This document shows, piece after piece, positions 1 to 8,791 of a DNA stretch of 64,000 bases. Origin of the DNA: Candidatus Xenobia bacterium (GTDB taxonomy: Bacteria > Vulcanimicrobiota > Xenobia > Xenobiales > QWHO01); the NCBI GenBank assembly GCA_045863235.1, contig BTUM01000016.1, positions 1-64,000 on the forward strand. The letters are read 5' to 3'. Below the pieces are notes generated by a model. It ran no database searches and was not told the origin of the DNA. It saw only the letters and a list, made by a program, of their open reading frames with translations. The translations under genes were made by a program, and so were the position numbers. Each line of letters opens with the position of its first letter. Within the stretch, counting starts at the first letter, position 1.

Positions 1-34
1 GGCTTTGCTGAGCATCGTGAACATTCGCACTGTT

Positions 35-64
35 AGATTACACGAAACGGGGTCCGACTGTCAA
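35..64 (-). promoter_or_regulatory. sigma70-type promoter facing left, for a gene mostly outside the window
   Basis: Minus strand TTGACA (64-59), 18 nt spacer, TAATCT (40-35); a minus-strand ATG at 15-13 runs off the window edge. Confidence 0.55.
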
Positions 65-280
65 AAATGGCGATGCTTCAGAATAGCGTGGTTATGGGGA
101 AATTTTGCCTCGTTTGCAGTTGCCTTTCGGGCTTTCTGGAGGCTCGGGAGGGGGAAATCGCCTGAGAGGGCCTTGCAAGAGCCAGAAGAGGCCTTCTACG
201 CCTCGAGCGTGGCCATCACGGAGCGGCAGACCGGGAGGGGGCGAACTGGCGTTTTCCTGGAAGTTTTCTCAAACCTCGAC

Positions 281-820
281 GCTGTGGAGAGCGACGGCCG
301 CATCACCCGGGTGGCCGGCGTGGACGGCGGCATCATCTCTGACACCAGCGACGAGGGCAACCTGGCCATCAAGTCCAAGATCGGCACTATCTACTCCATC
401 GAGACCGGCCATGACGGCAAGGTCTACGTCATCAGCGCCTCCACCCCCATCAGCGTGGTGTGGGCTTTGCAGCAGCCCCTGCCGGGCTTCAACCTGACCG
501 ATCACCTCATCCCCAGCCGCGACGCCAGCGAGCTGTGGCGCATCAGCGGCTCGGGCCGACACCTCGAGACCTACAGCGCCCTCACCGGCGCGCTCCTCTA
601 CTCCTTTGGCTACGACGCCGAGGGCCAGCTCTCGTTTGTGACCGACTCCGACGGCAACACGACCGTCATCGAGCGCGACGCCGGCGGCCACCCTTCGGCC
701 ATCGTCGGACCCTTCGGCCAGCTCACCGCGCTCACCACCAACGCCGACGGCTACGTCACCGCCGTCACCTCGCCCGGCGGCCGGGTGACCCGCATGAGCT
801 TCACCCCCGATGGGTTGCTC
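281..820 (+). pseudogene. Fragment of a teneurin-like/RHS YD-repeat protein (NHL to YD-shell junction)
   Basis: Reads DGRITRVAG...LIPSRDASELW..SGSGRHLETYSALTGALLYSFGYDAEGQLSFVTDSDGNTTVIERD..GHPSAIVGPFGQLT..GYVTAVTSPGG..DGLL; only about 180 aa, with no credible start or RHS core. Confidence 0.65.
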
Positions 821-1015
821 GAAAGGCGAAAGAGCCATGCAGGCTCAGTCGATGCGCTGCGCGAGAGGCATGGGCCGGTGGCCAGCCTCTCTTTGGGTCT
901 CGTCCAGCGCCAGGGTCTGCCCGCCAGCCCGCGCGCGATGGCTTATCGACGCACGGTCAAAGGGAACTTGCTCCTCCGGGTCAAAACGCCGGAGCCAGCC
1001 TTGATCGGAGGGACC

Positions 1016-4000
1016 TTGGATACCCAGATCGCCGCGCCCGCAAAGTCGGTCTACGCCACCGAGCTCGAGTTCGTGCTGAACGGCAAGAAAGTCCGAATCG
1101 CCCAGCCGAACCCCGCCACGACCCTGGCTGAGTACCTCCACGAGTCGGGCCTGACCGGAACCAAAGTGGCCTGCGGCCAGGGGGGGTGCGGCGCCTGCAC
1201 GGTAATGCTGTCCCAGCGCCACCCCGTCGATGGCACCCCCGTCCACCGGGCCATCTACGCCTGCTTGAAACCCCTCTGCTCGCTCGACGGCATGGCCGTG
1301 ACCACGGTCGAGGGGCTCGGAAACGTCCGCGACGGACTCGACGCTGCCCAGTTCTGCATCGCCGCCGGTAACGGCACGCAGTGCGGCTTCTGCACCCCGG
1401 GATTTTCCATGTGCGCCCACGTGCTCAGGCGCAATCGGGCCTGCGAGCAGGACTTCGAGGACGGTTTCGGGGGGAACATCTGCCGCTGCACCGGCTACCG
1501 GCCCATCCTGCAATCGGTGCGAAGCCTGGCCAGTGACTACGATCCGGCCGGCGTTACCAACACTCCCTGCGAGGTGGATGACTCGTTCCCGATCCGGGTC
1601 CGACCTACCGGCGTCGAGGTGCATCTGCCCGAGGTAGCCCCGCGAGCCCTGCACTTTCGCTCTGAGCGCCACGACTGGTGGCGCCCCGACAGCCTGGCCG
1701 AGGTGCTGCGTCTCAAGCGCGAGCTCGGGCCGGAGACGGTGAGGCTCATCGCGGGCAACACCGCAGTGGGGATCTATCCCGACGAGACGGCCCGGCACCT
1801 GATCGACATCTCAGCCTTGAGCGAGCTTTTTGCCCTCCGCGAAACGCCCCAGGGCCTGGAGGTGGGGGCCTCGGTGCCCATCGCTCACCTGCTCGACTTC
1901 GCCGCCAAAGTGATCGAGCGTCGCCCTCACCAAGAGTGCGCCGGCCTGCGCGAGCTCGTTCGCCACGGAAAGCTCATCGCCGGGGTGCAGGTTCGCAGCG
2001 CCGGCAGCGTGGGCGGAAACATCGCCATCACGCTCAGCCACGTGTTCCCGTCCGATCTCTTCACCATCCTGGCGGCCCTGGACACGACCGCGACCGTGAG
2101 CGACAAGGGTGGGTCGCACGTGTTCGGCTTGCTCGAGCTGTCGGTCCCCGACGACGGCGTGATCGTTTCCTTCACCATCCCGTTCAGCCGCCCGGGTGAA
2201 GTCGTGCAGACCTACCGGGTGGCCCGCCGCCCCCAGAACTCCCACTCCTTCGTCACCGCCGGATTTCGCCTGGCCCGGGCCGAGGATCAGAGCGTGCGAT
2301 CCTTCACGGCCGTGTTCGGGGGACTGGCGACCGGGTTCTTCCGAGCCGAGGAGACGGAGCGCTACCTGGTGGGAAAGAGCTGGACCAACCAGACCCTGCG
2401 CGGCGTGCTTCCCATCCTTCAAGCCGAGATCGCGGCCCGAACCGTGCCCATGGAGGAAGAGGGCCTGACCAGCGAGTACCGCCGCGACCTCGCCCGCAAC
2501 TTCTTCTACAAGTTCTTCCTGCACGCGGCCGACCAGGTCGATCCGAGGAACCGCTCGGCGGCTCAGCATCACGTGCGAGAGCTGTCCCGGGGCCAGCAAG
2601 AGTTCACGGTCGAGCCCACGGTCTTTCCCCTCACCCGCCCGATCATCAAGCAGGCGGCTTTCGTGCAGGCCTCGGGCGAGGCGCGCTACACGCAAGACCT
2701 GCCGCTCCCGGTGGGCGGCTTGCACGCCCGGATGGTCACCAGCCGCCGGGCCCACGCCAACTTCACCTTCCGCCCCGACCTGGAGGCGCTGCTGGCGGGG
2801 AAGTTCCCCGATTTCCAGGGACTGGTCACGGCCGCCGACATTCCGGGCCAGAAGCTGGTCGGGTTGGGCGAGGATGACCCGGTCTTCTCCGAGGGCGTGG
2901 TCACGGCCGTGGGCGCCCCCCTGGCCCTGGTGCTGGCCGAATCCGCCTCCACCGCCCGCGAGGCGGCCGCCTGGGTCGAGCGAGAGGGGGTCTGTTACGA
3001 AGAGCTTCCCGCCGTGCTGACTCTGGACGAAGCCATCGAGCAGGACACCTCCATGCCGATGCTTCGTCGCTCCAAAGACCCCGACGACGACGTGCAGCAG
3101 CGCCTTCCCTCGGTGACGCGGGTCGGGAGCGACCTGGGCTGGCTGCGCAACCCCGAGTCGCCCCGCATGGTGACCGGCACGGTGCGGACCGGGGCCCAGG
3201 CTCACTTCTACCTCGAAACGATGTGCGCCCTGGCCATCCCGGGAGCCTACGACCACATGACCGTCCACAGCTCCACCCAGAATCCTAACGGGGACCAGCG
3301 CACCATCGCCCGCGCTCTGGGGGTGCAGGTCAACCAGGTCTCGGTGGTGCTCGAGCAGTTGGGCGGTGGATTCGGAGGCAAGCAGCACCGAGCCGGCCTG
3401 GTGGGCTGCGCGGTGGCCGTGGCCGCCCGCAAGGCCCGCCGCCCCGTGCGGCTGCTCTACGAGCGGGCCACCGATACCACCATGGTGGGCAAGCGGCACC
3501 CCTACCTGGGCCACTACTGGCTGGCCTTCGACGCCGACGGCAAATTCCAGGCGCTGCGCACCGACCTCTCCTCGGACGCGGGCCATACCTACGACTGCTC
3601 GTTTGCAGTGATGGACCTCAGCTTGATGATGTCGGACGGATGCTACCAGATCCCCACGTTTCAGGCCAACGGCACCGTCTATCGCACCCACAAGCCCAGC
3701 AACACGGCCTTTCGCACCTTCGGGACGGTGCAGCCCTACCTGGTATTCGAGGATGCCGTCGAGCAAGCCGCCCACCAGCTCGGGGTGCTGCCCGAGCAGC
3801 TGCGCCGCCAGAACTTCTACCGCACCGGCTCGATCGGCGACTGCGACGAGACCCCCTACGGGCAGGCTCTTCCTTTCTGCGCCATCACCGAGCTGTGGGA
3901 CGAGCTCCACCTCTCGTGCGACTTTGAGGCGCGCGAGGCCGCCGTGCAGGAGTTCAACCGCAACAACCGCTGGCGAAAGCGCGGCATCTGCATGCTGGCG

Positions 4001-5029
4001 GAGAAGTACGGCATCGGCTTCACCGAGCCGCGCGGCTCTTTGAACGCCTCCAGCGCGCTGGTGAACGTGAACATGAGCGATGGCTCGGTGGTGGTCATCC
4101 ACGGCGGGGTGGAGATGGGCCAGGGGCTGCACACCAAGATCGCCCAGGTTGCGGCCAGCACCCTGGGCATTCCGATGCACCTGGTGCGGGTGGGCGACAC
4201 CGATTCCGACGTCATCGTCAATGCGCCGCCCACGGCCGCCTCGACCGGCTTCGACCTCAACGGTGGAGCGGTGGAGAAAGCCTGCCAGACCCTGCGCTCG
4301 CGGCTCGAGCGCTTCTGCCGCGATCTGGAGCAGTTCCTCCCCCACGACTCGATCCAGGGCTGGCGCACCGATTGGGCAGGCTGCTGGAAAGAGATCGTGG
4401 GCCGCGCCTGGAGCCACCGGGTCGGACTGAGCGCGGCCGAGCTCTACGGCACCCCCCACTACGAGGGCAGCAGCGAGCGCCACCCCCGCGGTCACCCGTT
4501 CCTCTACTTCGTGTGGGCCGCTGCCGCCACCGAAGTGGAGGTGGACGTGCTCACCGGCGAGTTCGAGATTCGGCGCGCCGACGTGCTCTACGACGCGGGC
4601 CGGTCGCCCAATCCGGCCATCGACGTGGGCCAGATTGAGGGCGGCTACGTGCAGGGGGTGGGCTTCGTCACCACCGAGGAAGTGCTCTACGACGAGCGCG
4701 GAGGCCTGGTGACGGACAACACGTGGAGCTACAAGCCGCCCTGCAGCAAGACGATCCCGGTGGATTTCCGGGTGCGCCTTCGCACTCCCAACACCCCCCG
4801 CGATCTCGAGGAGTCGCGGGCCGAGAGCGTGGCCGTGAAGTCTTCCAAGACCGCCGGCGAGCCCGGCCTGGTGCTGGGAATCTCGGCCTACTTCGCGCTC
4901 AAGCGCGCCATCCTGGCGGCTCGGCGCGAGCAGACCGGAGACGACTGCTGGTTCCGCCTGGACACCCCGGCCACCACCCAGCGGATTCAGACCCACTGCC
5001 TGGTGGCCTCAGAGCAGCTGAGCTTATGA
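1016..5029 (+). CDS. Single-chain xanthine dehydrogenase/aldehyde oxidase family molybdo-flavoenzyme (2x[2Fe-2S], FAD, Moco)
   Basis: CGQGGCGAC and QCGFCTPG..CRCTGY Fe-S motifs, AGNT/GSVGGN FAD region, QAHFYLE, GGGFGGK, GGVEMGQGLHTK, DVGQIEGG, GEPG. Start placed at in-frame TTG 1016 behind GGAGGG (1007-1012), not at position 5. Confidence 0.92.
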   Translation: MDTQIAAPAKSVYATELEFVLNGKKVRIAQPNPATTLAEYLHESGLTGTKVACGQGGCGACTVMLSQRHPVDGTPVHRAIYACLKPLCSLDGMAVTTVEGLGNVRDGLDAAQFCIAAGNGTQCGFCTPGFSMCAHVLRRNRACEQDFEDGFGGNICRCTGYRPILQSVRSLASDYDPAGVTNTPCEVDDSFPIRVRPTGVEVHLPEVAPRALHFRSERHDWWRPDSLAEVLRLKRELGPETVRLIAGNTAVGIYPDETARHLIDISALSELFALRETPQGLEVGASVPIAHLLDFAAKVIERRPHQECAGLRELVRHGKLIAGVQVRSAGSVGGNIAITLSHVFPSDLFTILAALDTTATVSDKGGSHVFGLLELSVPDDGVIVSFTIPFSRPGEVVQTYRVARRPQNSHSFVTAGFRLARAEDQSVRSFTAVFGGLATGFFRAEETERYLVGKSWTNQTLRGVLPILQAEIAARTVPMEEEGLTSEYRRDLARNFFYKFFLHAADQVDPRNRSAAQHHVRELSRGQQEFTVEPTVFPLTRPIIKQAAFVQASGEARYTQDLPLPVGGLHARMVTSRRAHANFTFRPDLEALLAGKFPDFQGLVTAADIPGQKLVGLGEDDPVFSEGVVTAVGAPLALVLAESASTAREAAAWVEREGVCYEELPAVLTLDEAIEQDTSMPMLRRSKDPDDDVQQRLPSVTRVGSDLGWLRNPESPRMVTGTVRTGAQAHFYLETMCALAIPGAYDHMTVHSSTQNPNGDQRTIARALGVQVNQVSVVLEQLGGGFGGKQHRAGLVGCAVAVAARKARRPVRLLYERATDTTMVGKRHPYLGHYWLAFDADGKFQALRTDLSSDAGHTYDCSFAVMDLSLMMSDGCYQIPTFQANGTVYRTHKPSNTAFRTFGTVQPYLVFEDAVEQAAHQLGVLPEQLRRQNFYRTGSIGDCDETPYGQALPFCAITELWDELHLSCDFEAREAAVQEFNRNNRWRKRGICMLAEKYGIGFTEPRGSLNASSALVNVNMSDGSVVVIHGGVEMGQGLHTKIAQVAASTLGIPMHLVRVGDTDSDVIVNAPPTAASTGFDLNGGAVEKACQTLRSRLERFCRDLEQFLPHDSIQGWRTDWAGCWKEIVGRAWSHRVGLSAAELYGTPHYEGSSERHPRGHPFLYFVWAAAATEVEVDVLTGEFEIRRADVLYDAGRSPNPAIDVGQIEGGYVQGVGFVTTEEVLYDERGGLVTDNTWSYKPPCSKTIPVDFRVRLRTPNTPRDLEESRAESVAVKSSKTAGEPGLVLGISAYFALKRAILAARREQTGDDCWFRLDTPATTQRIQTHCLVASEQLSL

Positions 5030-8000
5030 ACGTGATAATATCCATGCGACTGATCTGGCTGACTCTGGTGGTCGCCCTGACGGCCACGGCCATCACATGG
5101 AGGATAGGCCTGGCCACCCCCGTGCCCAGCGAGGCTCGCCCCTTCACCGAACCGGTAGTCCTCTCCAGTCAGGATGGGGTGTTGGAGGTGGTGCTGTCGG
5201 CCCGCCAGGGCCAGGGCAAACTGGACACGGTGGCCCTCCCGGTCAAGAACATGATGTTGTTCAGCTACCGGCTGATGAGGGGCCGGGCCAGCAATGGCCA
5301 GGGGTCGGGTGAGAACCTGTATCCCGGTCCCACCTTGCAGGTCCAGCCCGGCGACACCCTGATCGTCCGCCTCGAGAACAAGCTGAACGGGCTTTCGATT
5401 CCCGACTTTTTCAACCCGGCTTTCACACCCACAGGTCAGGAGGTCCCGCTGCTTCCGCCCACTCTGCGCGAGGCTCCCTTCAACCTCCACACCCACGGCC
5501 TGCACGTGAGCCCGATGGGCAACTCGGACAACGTCCTCTTGAGCCTGCCGGCGGGCGCCAAGAATACTTACTCCTATCAGATTCCCAGCGACCATCCCCA
5601 GGGGATGTACTGGTATCACGGCCACCTGCACACGCTCACCACGGCCCAGACCTACTTCGGGCTGGCGGGACTGCTCATCATCGGGCGCGCGGACGGGAAC
5701 CTGCCGGCCGTAACCGAGGCCAACCTCCCCATCCGCAATATGGCCATCCAGTACAACATGGTCTTCGATCGGCAGGGCGGGCTGCACCAGCTCACCAACC
5801 CGTACTGGCCGCAATTCGTGAGCACTCGGCGCCAGCCCGCGCCGGGCCAGCTGGAGTCGGGCAGCTACCGCCCCTTGCTCGCGCCGGTCAACTTTCAGAG
5901 CTCGGCCGTGGGAACACAATTCATCACCAATTGGTACACCGGGCCCCTGAGCATCAATAATCATCGCGGGCAGTTCCAGTGCATCCCCAGCAACCTGCTG
6001 CGCTTCCGCCCCGAGAGCGGGCCGGAGGTCGCGCCCGACCCGTCGCTGCCCGACTCCAAGCGCGACGTCCAGTACACTGTCAACGGACAGTTTCAGCCCG
6101 AGATCCGCTCGCGCCCGGGGCAGACGGAGATCTGGGTTCTCTCCAACATCTCCGATGTGGCCTATGTGCGGGTTCGACTGACCGAAACCGCCACCGGCCG
6201 GCACCCTCGCCTGCTGATCGTGGGCCAGGACGGGCTGCCCTACCCGCAGGTTCAGACCTCCACCGAGGAGGGGGGAACCGTGCTGTCCATCCCACCGGCT
6301 TCGCGCTACGCCCTCGCGGTGACGATTCCCAAACAGGGTGAGCTGGTGCTGGAGATGCCCCCCGCCCATGATCTCAAACAGGAGTTTCGGGGGCCCGGCG
6401 TGGCCTACACCAACCGGTTCCCCAAGCCGCCCTCGGCGGTGCTCGGGACGCTCAGCGTCGATCCCGAGCTCATCAGCTACTTTGACGGCTTCTTCCTCTT
6501 CCCGACTCAAGTGCTGCTGCGCGCCACCGCCGCGACGGCAGACACAGGCACGACGGTGGCCCTGACCCCGGGTCAGGCCCTGGGCTCCCCCACCTCGTTC
6601 GTAGAGACCCGAGGCATGGAGCCTGCCGTGAAACGCAGCCTGATCATCAACGGCGGGTTCCTGGACCCCCTGGCCAGCAACCAGGACCCCAAAGCCTTCA
6701 TCTACGCCTTCGACAGCCGGGCCTTTCCCCACACCCCGCTGCTGCGCCCCCGCCTCGATACCGTGGAAGAGTGGACCTTCACCAACTTCAACAACGACGA
6801 GCATCCCATCCACATCCACGTGAACGACTTCCAGGTGACCGAGCTCGTCGATCCCGTGGCTGGCACCCGGGCCGCCTTTCAGCCCTGGGGGCAGGACAAC
6901 GCCAACGTCCCGGCCCCGCTCATGGGCCCGGGAGAAGCCGTGATCGCACCTGGAGTGATGAGCCTGCGCACGAAGTTCTCCGATTTTCTGGGTACTTACG
7001 TGATGCACTGCCACCGGCTCAACCACGAGGACAACGGGCTGATGACCATGGTGAACGTGATCCCGTCGGTCTCGAGCTACGCGGTGGCCCAAGCGGGCTC
7101 GGTGCAGGTTCGCGACGGCCAGGGCGACAGGCTGCTGGCCACGGTGGAGCCCTTCGCGGGCGCCGGCCCGCTCAGCCTCGCACTGGGGGACGTCAACGGG
7201 GACACGGTGCTCGACCTGGTCGCCGGCACAGGCCCCGGTGTCCCCGCTCAGGTGGTCGCCTACTCGGGGGCGGGCAGCCCGCCGTTTCGTGAGGAGCTGG
7301 CCCGCTTCTCGCCCTTTGACCCGGTTTTTTCCGGCGGGGTCAGCGTGACGGCCGGGAACCTGGATGGAAACGCCGGGACCGACAACATCGTGGTCGCAAC
7401 CGGCCCGGGAACCGAGAGCCGGGTGCGCGTGTTCAGCACCCGTCTGCCCGCACCGGGCCAGGCCCCGGCGGTCTTCGGGCAGTTCTCTCCCTATCCCGGG
7501 CAGCGCGCCGGGGTGACCGTGACGGTGGGCATGATCGAGGCCGCGTCAGGTCGCAACAGCATCATCACCGCCCCCGGACCGGGCCAACCGGCCACCATCC
7601 GGGCCTTCCGCTACGAGGTCGAGAATCCGGAATTCTGTGGTCCCGGGTCGGGTCCGGCCCGGATCGCCGAATTCCTGGCCTTCGGGGCCGACTACAAGGG
7701 CGGAGTGACCCTGGCCAGCGACTGGATGTCGGCGGGAGAGGGCGGCGCCCAGACGATCGTGGTGGGGCAGCGCGCCGCGCCGGGCGAGGTCCGCGTTTAC
7801 TCCAGCGGCTCGGCCTTGGACGGCTACCCCCCGATGTACAACCAGAGCCCGACGCACCACGAGGGACCGCTGGCTTTCCGGTCGGTGTTCCGGTTTCGTC
7901 CTTTCGAGGGCACCGGGGGCGTGGCGGTGGCCACCACCAGCACGACCGCCGGGGCGGACCTGCTGGTGCGGGGCGCAGCTGAAGTACGTAAGTATCAGCT

Positions 8001-8091
8001 CCTGCGGGCGCAGTCCAAAGCCACCTCGCTGAGCGCCCGGTTGCTGGCCCGGTTCGATTCGCCGGGCCCGGGGACGGTGGGCGGGGACTGA
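5026..8091 (+). CDS. Secreted multicopper oxidase with C-terminal FG-GAP-like repeats
   Basis: Cu motifs HTHGLH, YWYHGHLH, HPIHIH, HCHRLNHEDNGLM; hydrophobic N-terminus; LALGDVNGDTVLDLVAG and VTAGNLDG repeats; ATGA overlap with upstream stop (alternative start 5044). Confidence 0.9.
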   Translation: MNVIISMRLIWLTLVVALTATAITWRIGLATPVPSEARPFTEPVVLSSQDGVLEVVLSARQGQGKLDTVALPVKNMMLFSYRLMRGRASNGQGSGENLYPGPTLQVQPGDTLIVRLENKLNGLSIPDFFNPAFTPTGQEVPLLPPTLREAPFNLHTHGLHVSPMGNSDNVLLSLPAGAKNTYSYQIPSDHPQGMYWYHGHLHTLTTAQTYFGLAGLLIIGRADGNLPAVTEANLPIRNMAIQYNMVFDRQGGLHQLTNPYWPQFVSTRRQPAPGQLESGSYRPLLAPVNFQSSAVGTQFITNWYTGPLSINNHRGQFQCIPSNLLRFRPESGPEVAPDPSLPDSKRDVQYTVNGQFQPEIRSRPGQTEIWVLSNISDVAYVRVRLTETATGRHPRLLIVGQDGLPYPQVQTSTEEGGTVLSIPPASRYALAVTIPKQGELVLEMPPAHDLKQEFRGPGVAYTNRFPKPPSAVLGTLSVDPELISYFDGFFLFPTQVLLRATAATADTGTTVALTPGQALGSPTSFVETRGMEPAVKRSLIINGGFLDPLASNQDPKAFIYAFDSRAFPHTPLLRPRLDTVEEWTFTNFNNDEHPIHIHVNDFQVTELVDPVAGTRAAFQPWGQDNANVPAPLMGPGEAVIAPGVMSLRTKFSDFLGTYVMHCHRLNHEDNGLMTMVNVIPSVSSYAVAQAGSVQVRDGQGDRLLATVEPFAGAGPLSLALGDVNGDTVLDLVAGTGPGVPAQVVAYSGAGSPPFREELARFSPFDPVFSGGVSVTAGNLDGNAGTDNIVVATGPGTESRVRVFSTRLPAPGQAPAVFGQFSPYPGQRAGVTVTVGMIEAASGRNSIITAPGPGQPATIRAFRYEVENPEFCGPGSGPARIAEFLAFGADYKGGVTLASDWMSAGEGGAQTIVVGQRAAPGEVRVYSSGSALDGYPPMYNQSPTHHEGPLAFRSVFRFRPFEGTGGVAVATTSTTAGADLLVRGAAEVRKYQLLRAQSKATSLSARLLARFDSPGPGTVGGD

Positions 8092-8139
8092 GCCTGTGGG
8101 CCGCAATCGACAGCGTCGCGGCCACCCTGCCGGATGCAG

Positions 8140-8454
8140 CTAGACGCCTGTAAACAGTAAATCGAGAGCGGCGATGATTTCCTGTCTCGCCAAGCCTAAA
8201 TTGCCGACGCACTCGCCAAGTTCTCGTTTGGCGATACCCGCCATTTGGGGCGTGACGGCCACGAGTTCCACGCCCACGATCTCCAAGAGTGGCATCAAGC
8301 GGGTCAGGATTTTCCCCGCGAAAAGCTCCTTGGACGCCAGGGGAACGACGACTCTTGTGTCAAGCTCCTCCAGTAGTCCCGCTTGCACATCGAGCAGAAA
8401 CGGAAACCGCTTGTTGCTAGCGGCGTTCCGATTCTTGTAAACGTCGTACTGCAT
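8140..8454 (-). CDS. ccdB: CcdB family toxin
   Basis: MQYDVYKN..PFLLDVQ.GLL..LDTRVVVPL..RLMP..TPQMAGI..IIAALDLLFTGV matches the CcdB pattern; coupled to an antitoxin. Confidence 0.88.
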   Translation of the reverse strand: MQYDVYKNRNAASNKRFPFLLDVQAGLLEELDTRVVVPLASKELFAGKILTRLMPLLEIVGVELVAVTPQMAGIAKRELGECVGNLGLARQEIIAALDLLFTGV

Positions 8455-8699
8455 CAGAAAGACCGTGAGTCCTCGCTAAACGTGCCATTGTGCTCAACAT
8501 CCTGGTTGTAGGCCTGTATCGCGCTCTGGTTTTCGCAAACCCAGGCCTGTGCCTTGAGTTTCTTTACCTGTTCGGCCAGGGATTGCTCGAGGACGGCCGA
8601 GATGTTTATGCCCAGCGCTTTGGCCTGAGAAAGCAAGTCGCTGTTTACCGTAAGGTTGGTTGCCTTCTTTGGAGCAGCCAGATTATACACACTATTCAT
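8454..8699 (-). CDS. ccdA: CcdA family antitoxin
   Basis: KKATNLTVNSDLL.QAKALGINISAVLE..L..W..EN..AI.AYN..VE..GTFS..RSF; start 8699 chosen because ATG 8705 abuts the -10 box. Confidence 0.9.
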   Translation of the reverse strand: MNSVYNLAAPKKATNLTVNSDLLSQAKALGINISAVLEQSLAEQVKKLKAQAWVCENQSAIQAYNQDVEHNGTFSEDSRSF

Positions 8700-8705
8700 G
8701 CACAT

Positions 8706-8734
8706 ATTCTGCCTTAGATTTTTATGCGCGTCAA
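8706..8734 (-). promoter_or_regulatory. sigma70 promoter of ccdAB (likely leaderless)
   Basis: TTGACG-N17-CAGAAT, then 6 nt to ATG 8699. Confidence 0.65.
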
Positions 8735-8791
8735 CTCGACCTCGGCTTTATGCAGGCAGTACTAAGCCCCCTCGGCAATCCACCTGGGAGG

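Noticed and set aside
5..1015. 1674-aa ORF as one genuine RHS-XDH fusion starting at position 5
   Set aside because: The first ~90 codons look non-coding and contain an opposite-strand promoter, and the Mo enzyme has its own RBS and TTG at 1016; treated as a remnant plus a separate gene
1811..4996. 1061-aa antisense ORF, and similar long shadows at 4987-7092, 17249-19315, 25831-28308, 38021-39427 and 50041-53391
   Set aside because: They lie antisense to well-supported genes and have no motifs; long stop-free antisense frames are expected with high-GC codon bias
8092..8790. Insertion sequence or prophage boundary around ccdAB
   Set aside because: No transposase, integrase, terminal inverted repeats or target-site duplication found by eye
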